From NCBI GenBank assembly GCA_041748215.1, contig JBGTDR010000151.1, positions 8,620 through 72,619 of the forward strand: a stretch of DNA of 64,000 nt, in the 5' to 3' direction. This document shows positions 1 to 12,624 of this stretch, in pieces; the first letter of the stretch is position 1; the number at the start of each line of letters is the position of its first letter. Made by a program: the position numbers and the translations under genes. Below the pieces are notes generated by a model. It did no database searches. It had not been told where the DNA came from and saw nothing but the letters and a program-made list of their open reading frames with translations. Source of the stretch: Chthoniobacterales bacterium. GTDB taxonomy: Bacteria > Verrucomicrobiota > Verrucomicrobiia > Chthoniobacterales > JAATET01.

Positions 1-1275
1 GCCCACGCCACCGAGTGTCGCGCGTGCGTCGGCTGGCTGGCTGATTTTCTCAACTCACTCGGGCTCGATGCGTCGGTCCGGGAAACGGGCGGTGCACCCG
101 CCGTCGTCGCCCGCTCCCCCCGGACACCCGACCGACCCACACTGCTTCTTTACGGTCACGCCGACGTGCAGCCCGTCGAACCTCTCGGATTGTGGACAAC
201 TCCGCCGTTCGAACCAACCGTTCGCGACGGTCTTGTGTTTGCGAGAGGCGCGACGGACAACAAAGGTCAGACGTTTTCCCACCTGATCGGTTTAAAACGT
301 GCGCTCACGGCCGGGGATCTTCCGGTCAATCTCGTGGTCCTGATTGAGGGCGAAGAGGAAATTGGCAGCCCGCACCTTGGCGCATTCCTCCATGCGCATC
401 GCGACGAACTCGCCTGCGACGTCGCACTCATTTCAGACACCAGCATGATCGAACCCGGCTGGCCCGCGCTCACCCTCGGACTGCGCGGCGTCGCGTGTTT
501 CGAGATCGTCGCGACAGGACCGAAAGCCGACTTGCACTCCGGCATGTTTGGGGGCGTCACCCCAAATCCGGCCCTCGCCCTCAGCCGTGCGCTCGCGCGG
601 CTCCACGACGATCGGGGTCTCATCACGATTCCTGGTTTTTACGAAAACGTTCAGCCCATCCCCGAAATTGAAAGCGAAGCGTGGAAGCGGCTGCCGTGGA
701 ACGCCGCGTGGTTCGAACACACGACCGGAATTGCGCCGTTGTTCGGCGATCACACCCGCTCCGTCCTCGAACGCGTCTGGGCATTTCCGACTGCCGAAAT
801 CAACGGCCTCACCAGCGGTCATCAAGGCAGCGGCTCGAAGACGATTGTGCCCGCCCGCGCTTCGGCCAAGCTCAGCTTCCGATTGGTGCCGGATCAGGAT
901 CCCGATCAACTCGCGCCGGTCGTCACGGAATGGTTCGAACACGAACTCGCGCGGGAAGGCGTAACCGGAACGGCTCTCTACGACCACGGCGGTCTGCCGT
1001 TCCACACGCCTCCCGACAATCCCTATCTCGCCGCCACGCGCACCGTGCTGACCCGAATCTTTGGCCGCGAGCCCGCGCTCACTCGCGAGGGCCTCAGCAT
1101 TCCCGTTGCCACGCTAATCCAACGCGAGCTCGGCGTTCCGGTTATCCTGGCCGGCCTCGGCCTGCCGGACTGCGCCGCCCATTCACCCGACGAATCCTAC
1201 CCGCTCGCCCACCTCGACCTCGGCGCACGCACATTCATCGAGCTTATGACGGCATTTGCGGACGCGTCGCGCTGA
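1..1275 (+). CDS. M20-family metallopeptidase (dipeptidase/acylase-like); 5' end outside window
   Basis: Frame 1 is open from nt 1 (...TLLLYGHADVQPVEPLGLW...), so the ORF-track Met at 166 is internal. HADVQP, ARGATDNKGQ and IEGEEEIGS match the metal-ligand/catalytic motifs of peptidase family M20. Confidence 0.8.
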   Translation, partial: AHATECRACVGWLADFLNSLGLDASVRETGGAPAVVARSPRTPDRPTLLLYGHADVQPVEPLGLWTTPPFEPTVRDGLVFARGATDNKGQTFSHLIGLKRALTAGDLPVNLVVLIEGEEEIGSPHLGAFLHAHRDELACDVALISDTSMIEPGWPALTLGLRGVACFEIVATGPKADLHSGMFGGVTPNPALALSRALARLHDDRGLITIPGFYENVQPIPEIESEAWKRLPWNAAWFEHTTGIAPLFGDHTRSVLERVWAFPTAEINGLTSGHQGSGSKTIVPARASAKLSFRLVPDQDPDQLAPVVTEWFEHELAREGVTGTALYDHGGLPFHTPPDNPYLAATRTVLTRIFGREPALTREGLSIPVATLIQRELGVPVILAGLGLPDCAAHSPDESYPLAHLDLGARTFIELMTAFADASR

Positions 1276-1281
1276 TCGCGC

Positions 1282-2187
1282 TCAGCGCCGAAGGGCGCGG
1301 ATCTTCACGTGCAAATCGACGTGATCATTCACCACGTGTTTCCCGAGGAAACTGAAAAATCTCGACGATCCGTAGAGACAGCCCCACTCGGTTCGGTCGA
1401 TGGATATCTGCGCCTGCGCGACAATATGATCCGCGGTTTCCGCGGCAACGACCGCAAAAAATCCCAACGCTTTCGTGACGCCGCGCAACGTCAGTTCCCC
1501 ACGGATCTCCACGTTCGGCCGCCCCGGCCCACTGCCCGGCACCGGCACAGCATCTTGCGAACGAAATTCCGCAGTCGGAAATCGTCCCACGTCGAAAAAG
1601 TCCGCGTCGTTGAGGTGCCTGATGAGGGCATCATTCATCGGCCCCGCCGAAAGGTCCGTGCACGCAATCGTCCGCAGGTCGATCGTAAAACGTGCAGTGA
1701 CAAGCTCGTTCGCACGCGCGCAAATCTCGCCATCGCCAAGTCGCACGGTGCCTTCATGATGATTGAAGAGATTTCGCCCGGTCCAGCGGACCACGCTCGC
1801 GGCCGTGTCGATAAAGTAGGTCCCTTCGACAAGCGGATCAGCCGAAGGCTCCGCCGGACCTTGATCAAGTGGCCAGCCCGCCTCCTCCCACGCCGCGATT
1901 CCACCTTCGAAATTATGGACGTTGGTGAATCCTGCCGCGCTGAGCTTTTCCGCCGCCACCGCCGACTCGCGCGTTCCGGCACCTGATCCATACACGACAA
2001 TCAACGATTCCGGCGTCTTTGCCTGCTGAACCACCCGTTCGAGGAAGACCGTTTCGTAAACGCACGCGTTGCGCGATCCCGGCAGTCTCACGACCTGATA
2101 ATGCTCCTCCGGCAGTACGTCGATAAGGTGCAGATCGGGTTTCGATGCGATCCATTCGTGGAGTTCCTCCGCGCTCAGAGTGGTCAT
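1282..2187 (-). CDS. Rhodanese-domain / YceI-like-domain fusion protein
   Basis: ATG at 2187. The N-terminal ~110 aa have a rhodanese layout (LIDVLPEEHY...VVYGSGAG...GGIAAWEEAGWPL). The C-terminal ~170 aa look YceI-like (VRWTGRNLFNHHEGTV, FTIDLRTI, GELTLRGVTK). Confidence 0.65.
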   Translation of the reverse strand: MTTLSAEELHEWIASKPDLHLIDVLPEEHYQVVRLPGSRNACVYETVFLERVVQQAKTPESLIVVYGSGAGTRESAVAAEKLSAAGFTNVHNFEGGIAAWEEAGWPLDQGPAEPSADPLVEGTYFIDTAASVVRWTGRNLFNHHEGTVRLGDGEICARANELVTARFTIDLRTIACTDLSAGPMNDALIRHLNDADFFDVGRFPTAEFRSQDAVPVPGSGPGRPNVEIRGELTLRGVTKALGFFAVVAAETADHIVAQAQISIDRTEWGCLYGSSRFFSFLGKHVVNDHVDLHVKIRALRR

Positions 2188-2286
2188 TCTTGAACATTAA
2201 CTCAGTAGGACATCGAGCGCGAGGCCACCGTCCCTTGACCCCTACAGCGGCTGCCGTTACCCCTTGGGACCGCTTTTCCCGGCCAC

Positions 2287-2922
2287 ATGACCCCTCACTC
2301 CCTCCGAAATCCACTGTTGTATCTCGTCATTTTCTTTTTCGGGATTCTGAGCATGGGATATCAACAAGTCGCATCGCGCGTACTGGCTCCGTTTTTCGGT
2401 GGCGATTACATTGTCTGGTCGGTGCTGATCAGCACCTTCCTCGCGGCATTCACGGCTGGCTCGTTCCTGGGCGGCACCGTGAGCGCTCTCGCGCCAAAGC
2501 CCCGCCGCACGGCTGTCATTGTCATCGGGATTGTCGCAACGCTGTCGCTTCTGCTCAACGAAATCGCGCGCAAACTCTTGCTCGCGGCGCTTGAGCAATC
2601 GTTCGACTCCGTCATCACCGCACTCATCATTGGCTGCGTCACGCTCTTCGCTCCGCCTGTGATCACACTTTCGTGCATCACGCCCATCGCCATCGAGTTG
2701 CTCGCGCAAACCGGGGTCCCGTCTGGCTGGGCCGCTGGCAGGCTTTATGGTATCAGCACCGTGGGCAACATCCTTGGCGTCTTCGCGACCGCACTCCTCC
2801 TGATTCCCCACTTTCCCATTCCGGTCATTCTTTACGGATGGTCTTTCACTGCCGTGCTGTGTTTCACCGCGTTCACCTTGCTCATGTCCCGCTTATGGCC
2901 CGCCGAATCTCATTCCTCCTGA
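2287..2922 (+). CDS. Polytopic membrane protein resembling the N-terminal membrane module of fused MFS/spermidine-synthase family proteins
   Basis: 211 aa that are almost entirely hydrophobic helices (LYLVIFFFGILSMGYQQ..., LYGISTVGNILGVFATALLLIP). The 3' end overlaps the next ORF by 28 nt in a different frame. Confidence 0.55.
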   Translation: MTPHSLRNPLLYLVIFFFGILSMGYQQVASRVLAPFFGGDYIVWSVLISTFLAAFTAGSFLGGTVSALAPKPRRTAVIVIGIVATLSLLLNEIARKLLLAALEQSFDSVITALIIGCVTLFAPPVITLSCITPIAIELLAQTGVPSGWAAGRLYGISTVGNILGVFATALLLIPHFPIPVILYGWSFTAVLCFTAFTLLMSRLWPAESHSS

Positions 2923-3827
2923 CGCTCCTGCTCAGCCTGCTCCCCTTTCGCCCGGCTGCGACTCAGGATTTCGTCAAGGAATACGACTCCGTCTATGGTC
3001 ACATCATCATCCAGCGCCGGGGTGCGATCGTGGAAATGTTTGCGACGTACAAAGGCTGGATGGCGCGAGAATCCGGCATCAATCTCGAAGACCCGCTGCA
3101 AATCATCGTCCCGTACGTGAAATACCTGTTTGCTGGTTCGGTCGTGCGACCGGACCCAACCAAGGTGCTCCTCATCGGACTCGGAGGTGGCGGATTTAAT
3201 CGTCTCTTCGGAGCGGTTTATCCGGAAGCCACCCTGGATTCCGTCGAGATCGATCAAAAGGTCCTCGACCTCGCCAAGGAACACATGGGCTTTCAGGCGA
3301 CGGAGCGCAACCGTGTCCACGTCCGTGATGGGCGGTCGTTTTTGCGTCGCAGTCAGGACACCTACGACTGGATCATTCTCGACGCATTTCACGGTAGTGT
3401 GGTCCCGCCCCACCTCAAGACACTCGACTTCTACCGGGAAATCGCCGCGAAACTCACCCCCGGCGGCGTGCTGATTGCCAACATTCATCAAGGCTCCGAG
3501 CTGTTTTATTTCGACATCGCGACCTTCCGTGCCGCCTTCACCGATGTCGTCATGCTGCAGGTTCCCGGCACGGGGAACGTGATCACTCTCGCCGCCAACG
3601 AACCGCCCGGCACGCTCGAAAACCGGCTCAAGTCGTTCGATCCCGCATCGATCTCGAGCCCCGCCTGGCACCGCGAAATCAACGCTGCAGAATTCCCGGG
3701 CGCGGTCCTGCAATTCAATGACGCCGCACTAAACCGTGGGCGCGTGATGACCGATGACTTCGCACCGGCCGAATATTACAAAATCCTGCCCGCCCCCACC
3801 CTGCCGCCGCCCTCTCTGCAGCGCTGA
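2895..3827 (+). CDS. Spermidine-synthase-like (aminopropyl/methyltransferase fold) protein with N-terminal hydrophobic anchor
   Basis: ATG at 2895 (MARRISFLLTLLLSLLPF...). LLIGLGGGG glycine loop, SVEIDQKVLDLAKEH and YDWIILDAF match the spermidine synthase family. The ORF-track start at 2673 is an Arg/His-rich extension overlapping the upstream gene. Confidence 0.7.
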   Translation: MARRISFLLTLLLSLLPFRPAATQDFVKEYDSVYGHIIIQRRGAIVEMFATYKGWMARESGINLEDPLQIIVPYVKYLFAGSVVRPDPTKVLLIGLGGGGFNRLFGAVYPEATLDSVEIDQKVLDLAKEHMGFQATERNRVHVRDGRSFLRRSQDTYDWIILDAFHGSVVPPHLKTLDFYREIAAKLTPGGVLIANIHQGSELFYFDIATFRAAFTDVVMLQVPGTGNVITLAANEPPGTLENRLKSFDPASISSPAWHREINAAEFPGAVLQFNDAALNRGRVMTDDFAPAEYYKILPAPTLPPPSLQR

Positions 3828-3883
3828 TATTTCCGCGCGTTGCGGTCTGGATTTCCCGCTGCCCGCCCGGCATCCTGCTGCCC

Positions 3884-5284
3884 ATGTCTGCCGCCGCCTG
3901 CCGTGAAAAAATGATCGCCGCCGGTGTTCACGACACCGCCATTCGCTGCTTCGAGCGCAGCTACGCCCTGCTCGCAGAAAGCGACTCGGGACTGATCCCC
4001 GAAATATCGATTCAGCCCGTCACGACGCTGCCGACACTCACAGATCTTCCCGCCGCGCCCGTCAGCTCTGCTCTCACGGAGTTACTTGGTCGGTGCGCCA
4101 TTCTCAAACTCAACGGCGGCCTCGGCACCGGCATGGGCCTCGCAAAAGCCAAATCACTCCTCGAGGTCCGTCCGGGCGTCACGTTCCTCGACCTCATCGT
4201 CCGTCAGATCGAACACTTCCGCCGCGCTACGGGAGCTGACGTGCGGTTTCTGCTGATGAACAGCTTTAGCACCAGCGCCGACACCCGGGAATTTCTCGCG
4301 CGCCATCCCGACATCGGAGATCCCGACTCCATCGAGCTGCTGCAGAATAAAATCCCAAAAATTGACGCCCGGACGCTGGCGCCGGTTGATTGGCCATCCG
4401 AACCCGACCACGAATGGTGTCCTCCAGGCCATGGCGATCTGTATCCCGTGCTCTCCAGCACCGGTGCTCTCGACCGGCTGCTGGCCGACGGCGTGGAAAT
4501 CCTATTTGTTTCCAACTCCGACAATCTTGGTGCTTCCCTCGACGCCCGTCTGCTTGCGTGGTTCGCAGCGTCGGGCATGCCGTTCGCCATGGAGGTCACC
4601 GCCCGCACCGAGTCCGATCGCAAGGGTGGCCACCTCGCCCGGACCTCGGACGGGAGCCACTTGATACTGCGAGAATCCGCCCAGTGTCCGGAAGCTGACC
4701 TCGACGTTTTTCAAGACATCACGCGACACCGATTTTTTAACACGAACAACCTTTGGATTCGCCTGGATCGCCTGCGCGACGCACTCGCCGAATCCGGAGG
4801 ATTTCTTCCGTTGCCGGTAATCCAAAACAAAAAAACGGTCGACCCGCGCGATAAAAATTCGCCAGGCGTATTTCAACTCGAATCAGCCATGGGAGCCGCG
4901 ATCGAATGTTTCTCTGACGCCGGAGCCATCGAAGTGCCTCGCACACGCTTTGCCCCCGTCAAAACGACGGCAGATTTGCTCACCTTGCGTTCTGACGCTT
5001 ACGAAATCCTGGCTGATGGCACCGTGCAGCTCGTTCCAGAATGCAAAGGCATCCCACCGCACGTCGATCTCGACGGAAGTTACAAATTGGTCGACCAACT
5101 CGAAGCCGCCCTCGCCGGAGGTGCTCCCTCGCTGAAACATTGCCGCTCGCTCCGCGTCACCGGGCCCGTTCGTTTTTCTTCCGACGTCGAGTTGCTCGGC
5201 AATGTGACCATCACCAATGACTCTACTACGCCCGTCGAGATCCCCGCCGGACGTTACGCCGACCAAAACCTCACGCTTCCCTGA
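3884..5284 (+). CDS. UTP--glucose-1-phosphate uridylyltransferase, UDPGP (eukaryote-type) family
   Basis: ILKLNGGLGTGMGL nucleotide-binding loop, FVSNSDNLGA, and a 466 aa length typical of the UGP/UDPGP family rather than the short GalU type. Confidence 0.8.
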   Translation: MSAAACREKMIAAGVHDTAIRCFERSYALLAESDSGLIPEISIQPVTTLPTLTDLPAAPVSSALTELLGRCAILKLNGGLGTGMGLAKAKSLLEVRPGVTFLDLIVRQIEHFRRATGADVRFLLMNSFSTSADTREFLARHPDIGDPDSIELLQNKIPKIDARTLAPVDWPSEPDHEWCPPGHGDLYPVLSSTGALDRLLADGVEILFVSNSDNLGASLDARLLAWFAASGMPFAMEVTARTESDRKGGHLARTSDGSHLILRESAQCPEADLDVFQDITRHRFFNTNNLWIRLDRLRDALAESGGFLPLPVIQNKKTVDPRDKNSPGVFQLESAMGAAIECFSDAGAIEVPRTRFAPVKTTADLLTLRSDAYEILADGTVQLVPECKGIPPHVDLDGSYKLVDQLEAALAGGAPSLKHCRSLRVTGPVRFSSDVELLGNVTITNDSTTPVEIPAGRYADQNLTLP

Positions 5285-5824
5285 TCAGCGCTCGAGCGTC
5301 TGGCGAATCAAAATCACTTCGCCGGTTCCGAACGTAATTGTCTCCGTGAATCGCACCTGCGTATCGGTGAAACGCAGCACACCCTTCACTTCGGCCTGCA
5401 AGATCGAGCCCCCGGTAAAAATCATGTCGCCTTCGTAGGTCACCCGGCCACGTTTGATTTTATACGTGGTCGTCATCGTGCCCGTCAGCCCGCCGACAAA
5501 CCGCAAAGTTTCCGTCACCCGATTTTTTCGACTGAACGTCAGCAGAGAATTGATTTCCGAACTTGAGCCATTCGTAAATTCGACCGAGGAAAACAATGTG
5601 AGCGTCGCTGATCGTGGCGGTGATGCGACCTCGAGCTCTCCCACCTCTGTCGTCACCTCACCCTGTCGCAGCGTGATGTTGCCCAACGTGTCACGAAACA
5701 CACCAGAGCCCGCGTATTCACCTGCATACTTCTCAAACGCCTTCGGACTACCGCTGCCAGCCTCGGCCGGCGTCGATGCGAGAGTCAGGCAGAATATTAG
5801 CGCTAAACCGCTGCGTCGAAGCAT
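5285..5824 (-). CDS. Secreted hypothetical protein (signal peptide, beta-rich)
   Basis: N-terminus MLRRSGLALIFCLTLASTPAEA looks like a signal peptide. There are no recognisable motifs. It sits directly downstream of and co-oriented with the 5870-7330 gene. Confidence 0.5.
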   Translation of the reverse strand: MLRRSGLALIFCLTLASTPAEAGSGSPKAFEKYAGEYAGSGVFRDTLGNITLRQGEVTTEVGELEVASPPRSATLTLFSSVEFTNGSSSEINSLLTFSRKNRVTETLRFVGGLTGTMTTTYKIKRGRVTYEGDMIFTGGSILQAEVKGVLRFTDTQVRFTETITFGTGEVILIRQTLER

Positions 5825-5869
5825 GGACGGGAAAACGGTGACCGTGATCTTAAATTAAGGGACAAACGG

Positions 5870-7330
5870 TCAGCGCGCGACGATAACGGCAGAGGTTCGA
5901 TCCGTGAAAGAAGCGGTAAATGCCACCTGCCCACGACGATTGATTGCAGAAACCGGGCTGAACGTGATCCGATTCAAAATCTTCCGGGAGTTGCCGATGG
6001 GAATTGTCTGTCCTTCCAATGCGAGGAGTCGGAGATTTTTTCCCGAGTTGTCGGAAAGCCAGATACCGATGAGTTCACGATTGCCGTCCTGAACGGTTCC
6101 GAGAATGGCAACTTGCCCTCGATTGCTTACGGATGCCAATTCCAGAGTCGCAAAATTTTGACCCGTGCCAGGTGCAGGCTGACCGATTCCAGCAACCAGG
6201 ATAGGTGAGTCGCCTCTCCGTGTGGAACGATAAACCCCTCGCGTCGTGTCACCTCCAGTGACGTTCGCAATAAACGCCACCAGGTTGCCGTTGGGACTCG
6301 GGGCAACTGTCGCCTCGAAACTCGCAAAAGTTCCGCCCCCCGGTGCTGGCGTATTTTTTACAATAACGGGTTGTAAATTCGGATTTGTTCCCTGCCAGAT
6401 TCCGTCAAATTCATCTCCTTGATCGGATATGTCTGCTACCAAATAGCACACGTTCTTATTCGCAATGATCGGATAGGAGAAACTTTGAAATGTCGTAAAG
6501 TAAGGTAATCCAATAACGTTCGAAGCGGTCGTTGCGACCGGTGACAATCCATAAGTAGGCGCACCGTAGCCGAATCCTGGCAGAATTTCTTCCGGCGTGA
6601 TCCGGAATGAGGCAGTGTAGGGTACCGCACCTGTTTGATTAATGCTTATATTCCTCGTCAGGATGTCTGCAAAATAGTTATCGTATGTCGCTATCGCCGT
6701 GTTCGTGAACGTTTTGCGCAGCGGAAGAATCACGCCGATCGCGGAATAACTGGCATCATTAAATTCAAAATCGGTCACGACACCTTCCTCGAGAGTATTG
6801 GACTGGGTGTCGAAAATAAGTTGACCGGAAAAGGCAATTTGATTCCGACTATTGATCGCTACAGTTCGCGAAATTCGATACATCCTTCCCGAATTGATAC
6901 GTGGGAAAATGTTCGCGCTATTGTTCGTATCAATGAGGAAATTGTTATTGATGGTGCGCGGATCGTTGGTCAATATGATCTGTTCGGTCTCTTCGGGACC
7001 CGTCGGAATTGCCGCCCGGACACCGCCTTGCAAAGCCACCTTGGCAGCTTTTTTTCCGGCACGACGAGTGACGACTGAATAAGTGCTGAGCGCACCGACA
7101 CTGTTCCCGGAAAGAATGCAAGCATACGCGACGCTACCGCGGTCATTGATCGCTGGTGCACCAAACGAGCCCTGGCGGGCTTGTCCCGTGACGGCACGCA
7201 CCTTGTCTGTGGTTTGCGCGCGAATGTCGTATTGGACGGCTTGTGAAAATGCGTGGTTTGGGAGGATGGCACAAGCCAGCCCAGCAGCGACGAACTGGGC
7301 ATTACGGAGTTTTTTCGAAAAAATGTTCAT
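5870..7330 (-). CDS. Secreted repeat protein with N-x-x-G-x-x-A-F/Y type repeats
   Basis: Signal-like N-terminus (NAQFVAAGLACAILPNHAFSQA). Recurrent motifs are INDRGSVAY, INSRNQIAFSG, NPNGNLVAF, VSNRGQVAILG and INRRGQVAFTA. The gene is visibly AT-richer than its neighbours. Confidence 0.6.
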   Translation of the reverse strand: MNIFSKKLRNAQFVAAGLACAILPNHAFSQAVQYDIRAQTTDKVRAVTGQARQGSFGAPAINDRGSVAYACILSGNSVGALSTYSVVTRRAGKKAAKVALQGGVRAAIPTGPEETEQIILTNDPRTINNNFLIDTNNSANIFPRINSGRMYRISRTVAINSRNQIAFSGQLIFDTQSNTLEEGVVTDFEFNDASYSAIGVILPLRKTFTNTAIATYDNYFADILTRNISINQTGAVPYTASFRITPEEILPGFGYGAPTYGLSPVATTASNVIGLPYFTTFQSFSYPIIANKNVCYLVADISDQGDEFDGIWQGTNPNLQPVIVKNTPAPGGGTFASFEATVAPSPNGNLVAFIANVTGGDTTRGVYRSTRRGDSPILVAGIGQPAPGTGQNFATLELASVSNRGQVAILGTVQDGNRELIGIWLSDNSGKNLRLLALEGQTIPIGNSRKILNRITFSPVSAINRRGQVAFTASFTDRTSAVIVAR

Positions 7331-7473
7331 GATGTGGAGGAATACGTTCGACTACGGCAGCGGCACAGATAACCCGGAAGATTTCTCTGTAAAGTAAAAT
7401 TCGTTTCGGGGACGCGACACCTCTTAGAAAACACGCACAATTCGTTGCCGTCGCGAAAATTCTGCTGAAAGTC

Positions 7474-7506
7474 GAAAAAAACCGCCGTCCGGATCACCGG
7501 ACGGCG
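7474..7506 (-). terminator. Rho-independent terminator downstream of groEL
   Basis: 11-bp perfect stem ccgccgtccgg / ccggacggcgg with loop atca (7481-7506). On the minus strand it is followed by a 7-nt U-run (A-run 7474-7480 on plus). Confidence 0.7.
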
Positions 7507-7554
7507 GTTGATTCGAATCGAGGCGTTTGAGCGTCCCGACCGGGTTGGAATGCT

Positions 7555-9530
<1,976 letters not shown>

Positions 9531-9618
9531 AGTTGGTGTTTCGTTTTGGTTTTTTGGGTTTTTAACATTGCCGCGAACGCAAAATGCGGGCGGGCGTGTT
9601 GCTAAAGTGTTGAGTGGA

Positions 9619-11559
<1,941 letters not shown>

Positions 11560-11805
11560 TTATCGCTCCGCGTCTGCATTCAGCAGAGCCCGGGCCACCC
11601 GCCATCTACATCGTATAAGCAGCTTGAATTCAGTAATTTAAAAATTACAGCCGTACCGAGCGACTCGAAATAAGCGTCATAATGCCTCACATTCGGCGGA
11701 ATCGTGGCACGCTATTGCGCCAGCCTGACGCTTCAGCATGGTTTCGCCGCGTTTCGATGAATCCCCACTTGGCGGGCGCGGTGGCATGCTTTTAGTCTCA
11801 CGATC

Positions 11806-12612
11806 ATGTTTGAACTCACGGGGAAACGAGCGGTCGTGACTGGCGGCGCTGGGGCGCTTGGAGGAGCCATGGCTGCCAGCCTGGGTCGTGCGGGAGTTCG
11901 CGTCGGAATTCTCAGCCGATCCGAGGAACGCGTTGGCTCCATGGTCCGCACAATCAACGCAGACGGCGGCGAAGCCCTCCCGCTGATCGCAGACGTCACG
12001 GATCGCGAGCAGCTGACGGTGGCGCTCTCGACAGTGACGGAGAACTGGGGTGGCATCGACATTTTGATCAACGCAGCGGGAGGCAACCGGCCCGGCGCGA
12101 CCATCCTGCCGGATCAAACCGTATTCGATCTCTGCATGGAGGACTTTGATGAAGTGATGCGGTTGAATCTTCAGGGCACGGTGCTGCCCACCCTGCTTTT
12201 CGGAGAAAGCATGGCGAAGGCCGGACGCGGCACGATCATCAACATCTCGTCGATGGCCGCCCAACGATCCCTCACCCGAGTCGTGGGATATTCCGCCGCG
12301 AAAGCCGCGATTGATAACTTCACGCGCTGGATGGCCGTCGAACTCGCGTCGAAATTTGGGGAAGGACTGCGCGTCAACGCCATCGCACCCGGATTTTTTA
12401 TCGGGGACCAGAACCGGCGGCTTCTGCTGAACGAAGACGGCACGCCCACCGCCCGTGGCCAGAGCGTGATCGATCACACACCAATGCGCCGATTTGGCCG
12501 CCCGGAAGAACTGCTCGGAGCGCTGCACTGGCTGTGCAGTGACGCGTCGAGTTTCGTCACCGGCACGGTCATCCCGGTGGACGGAGGCTTCAGCGCCTTC
12601 GGCGGCGTTTAA
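11806..12612 (+). CDS. SDR-family oxidoreductase (hexuronate-pathway context)
   Basis: TGGAGALGG cofactor loop and YSAAKAA (YxxxK) catalytic motif. It lies immediately upstream of uxaC. Confidence 0.8.
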   Translation: MFELTGKRAVVTGGAGALGGAMAASLGRAGVRVGILSRSEERVGSMVRTINADGGEALPLIADVTDREQLTVALSTVTENWGGIDILINAAGGNRPGATILPDQTVFDLCMEDFDEVMRLNLQGTVLPTLLFGESMAKAGRGTIINISSMAAQRSLTRVVGYSAAKAAIDNFTRWMAVELASKFGEGLRVNAIAPGFFIGDQNRRLLLNEDGTPTARGQSVIDHTPMRRFGRPEELLGALHWLCSDASSFVTGTVIPVDGGFSAFGGV

Positions 12613-12624
12613 TCCCCTCGAAAC

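Noticed and set aside
9531-9618. CIRCE (HrcA operator) or sigma-32 promoter upstream of groES
   Set aside because: I found no TTAGCACTC-N9-GAGTGCTAA-like inverted repeat and no CTTGAAA/CCCCAT pair by eye. There is only a weak GC hairpin that may terminate dnaK.
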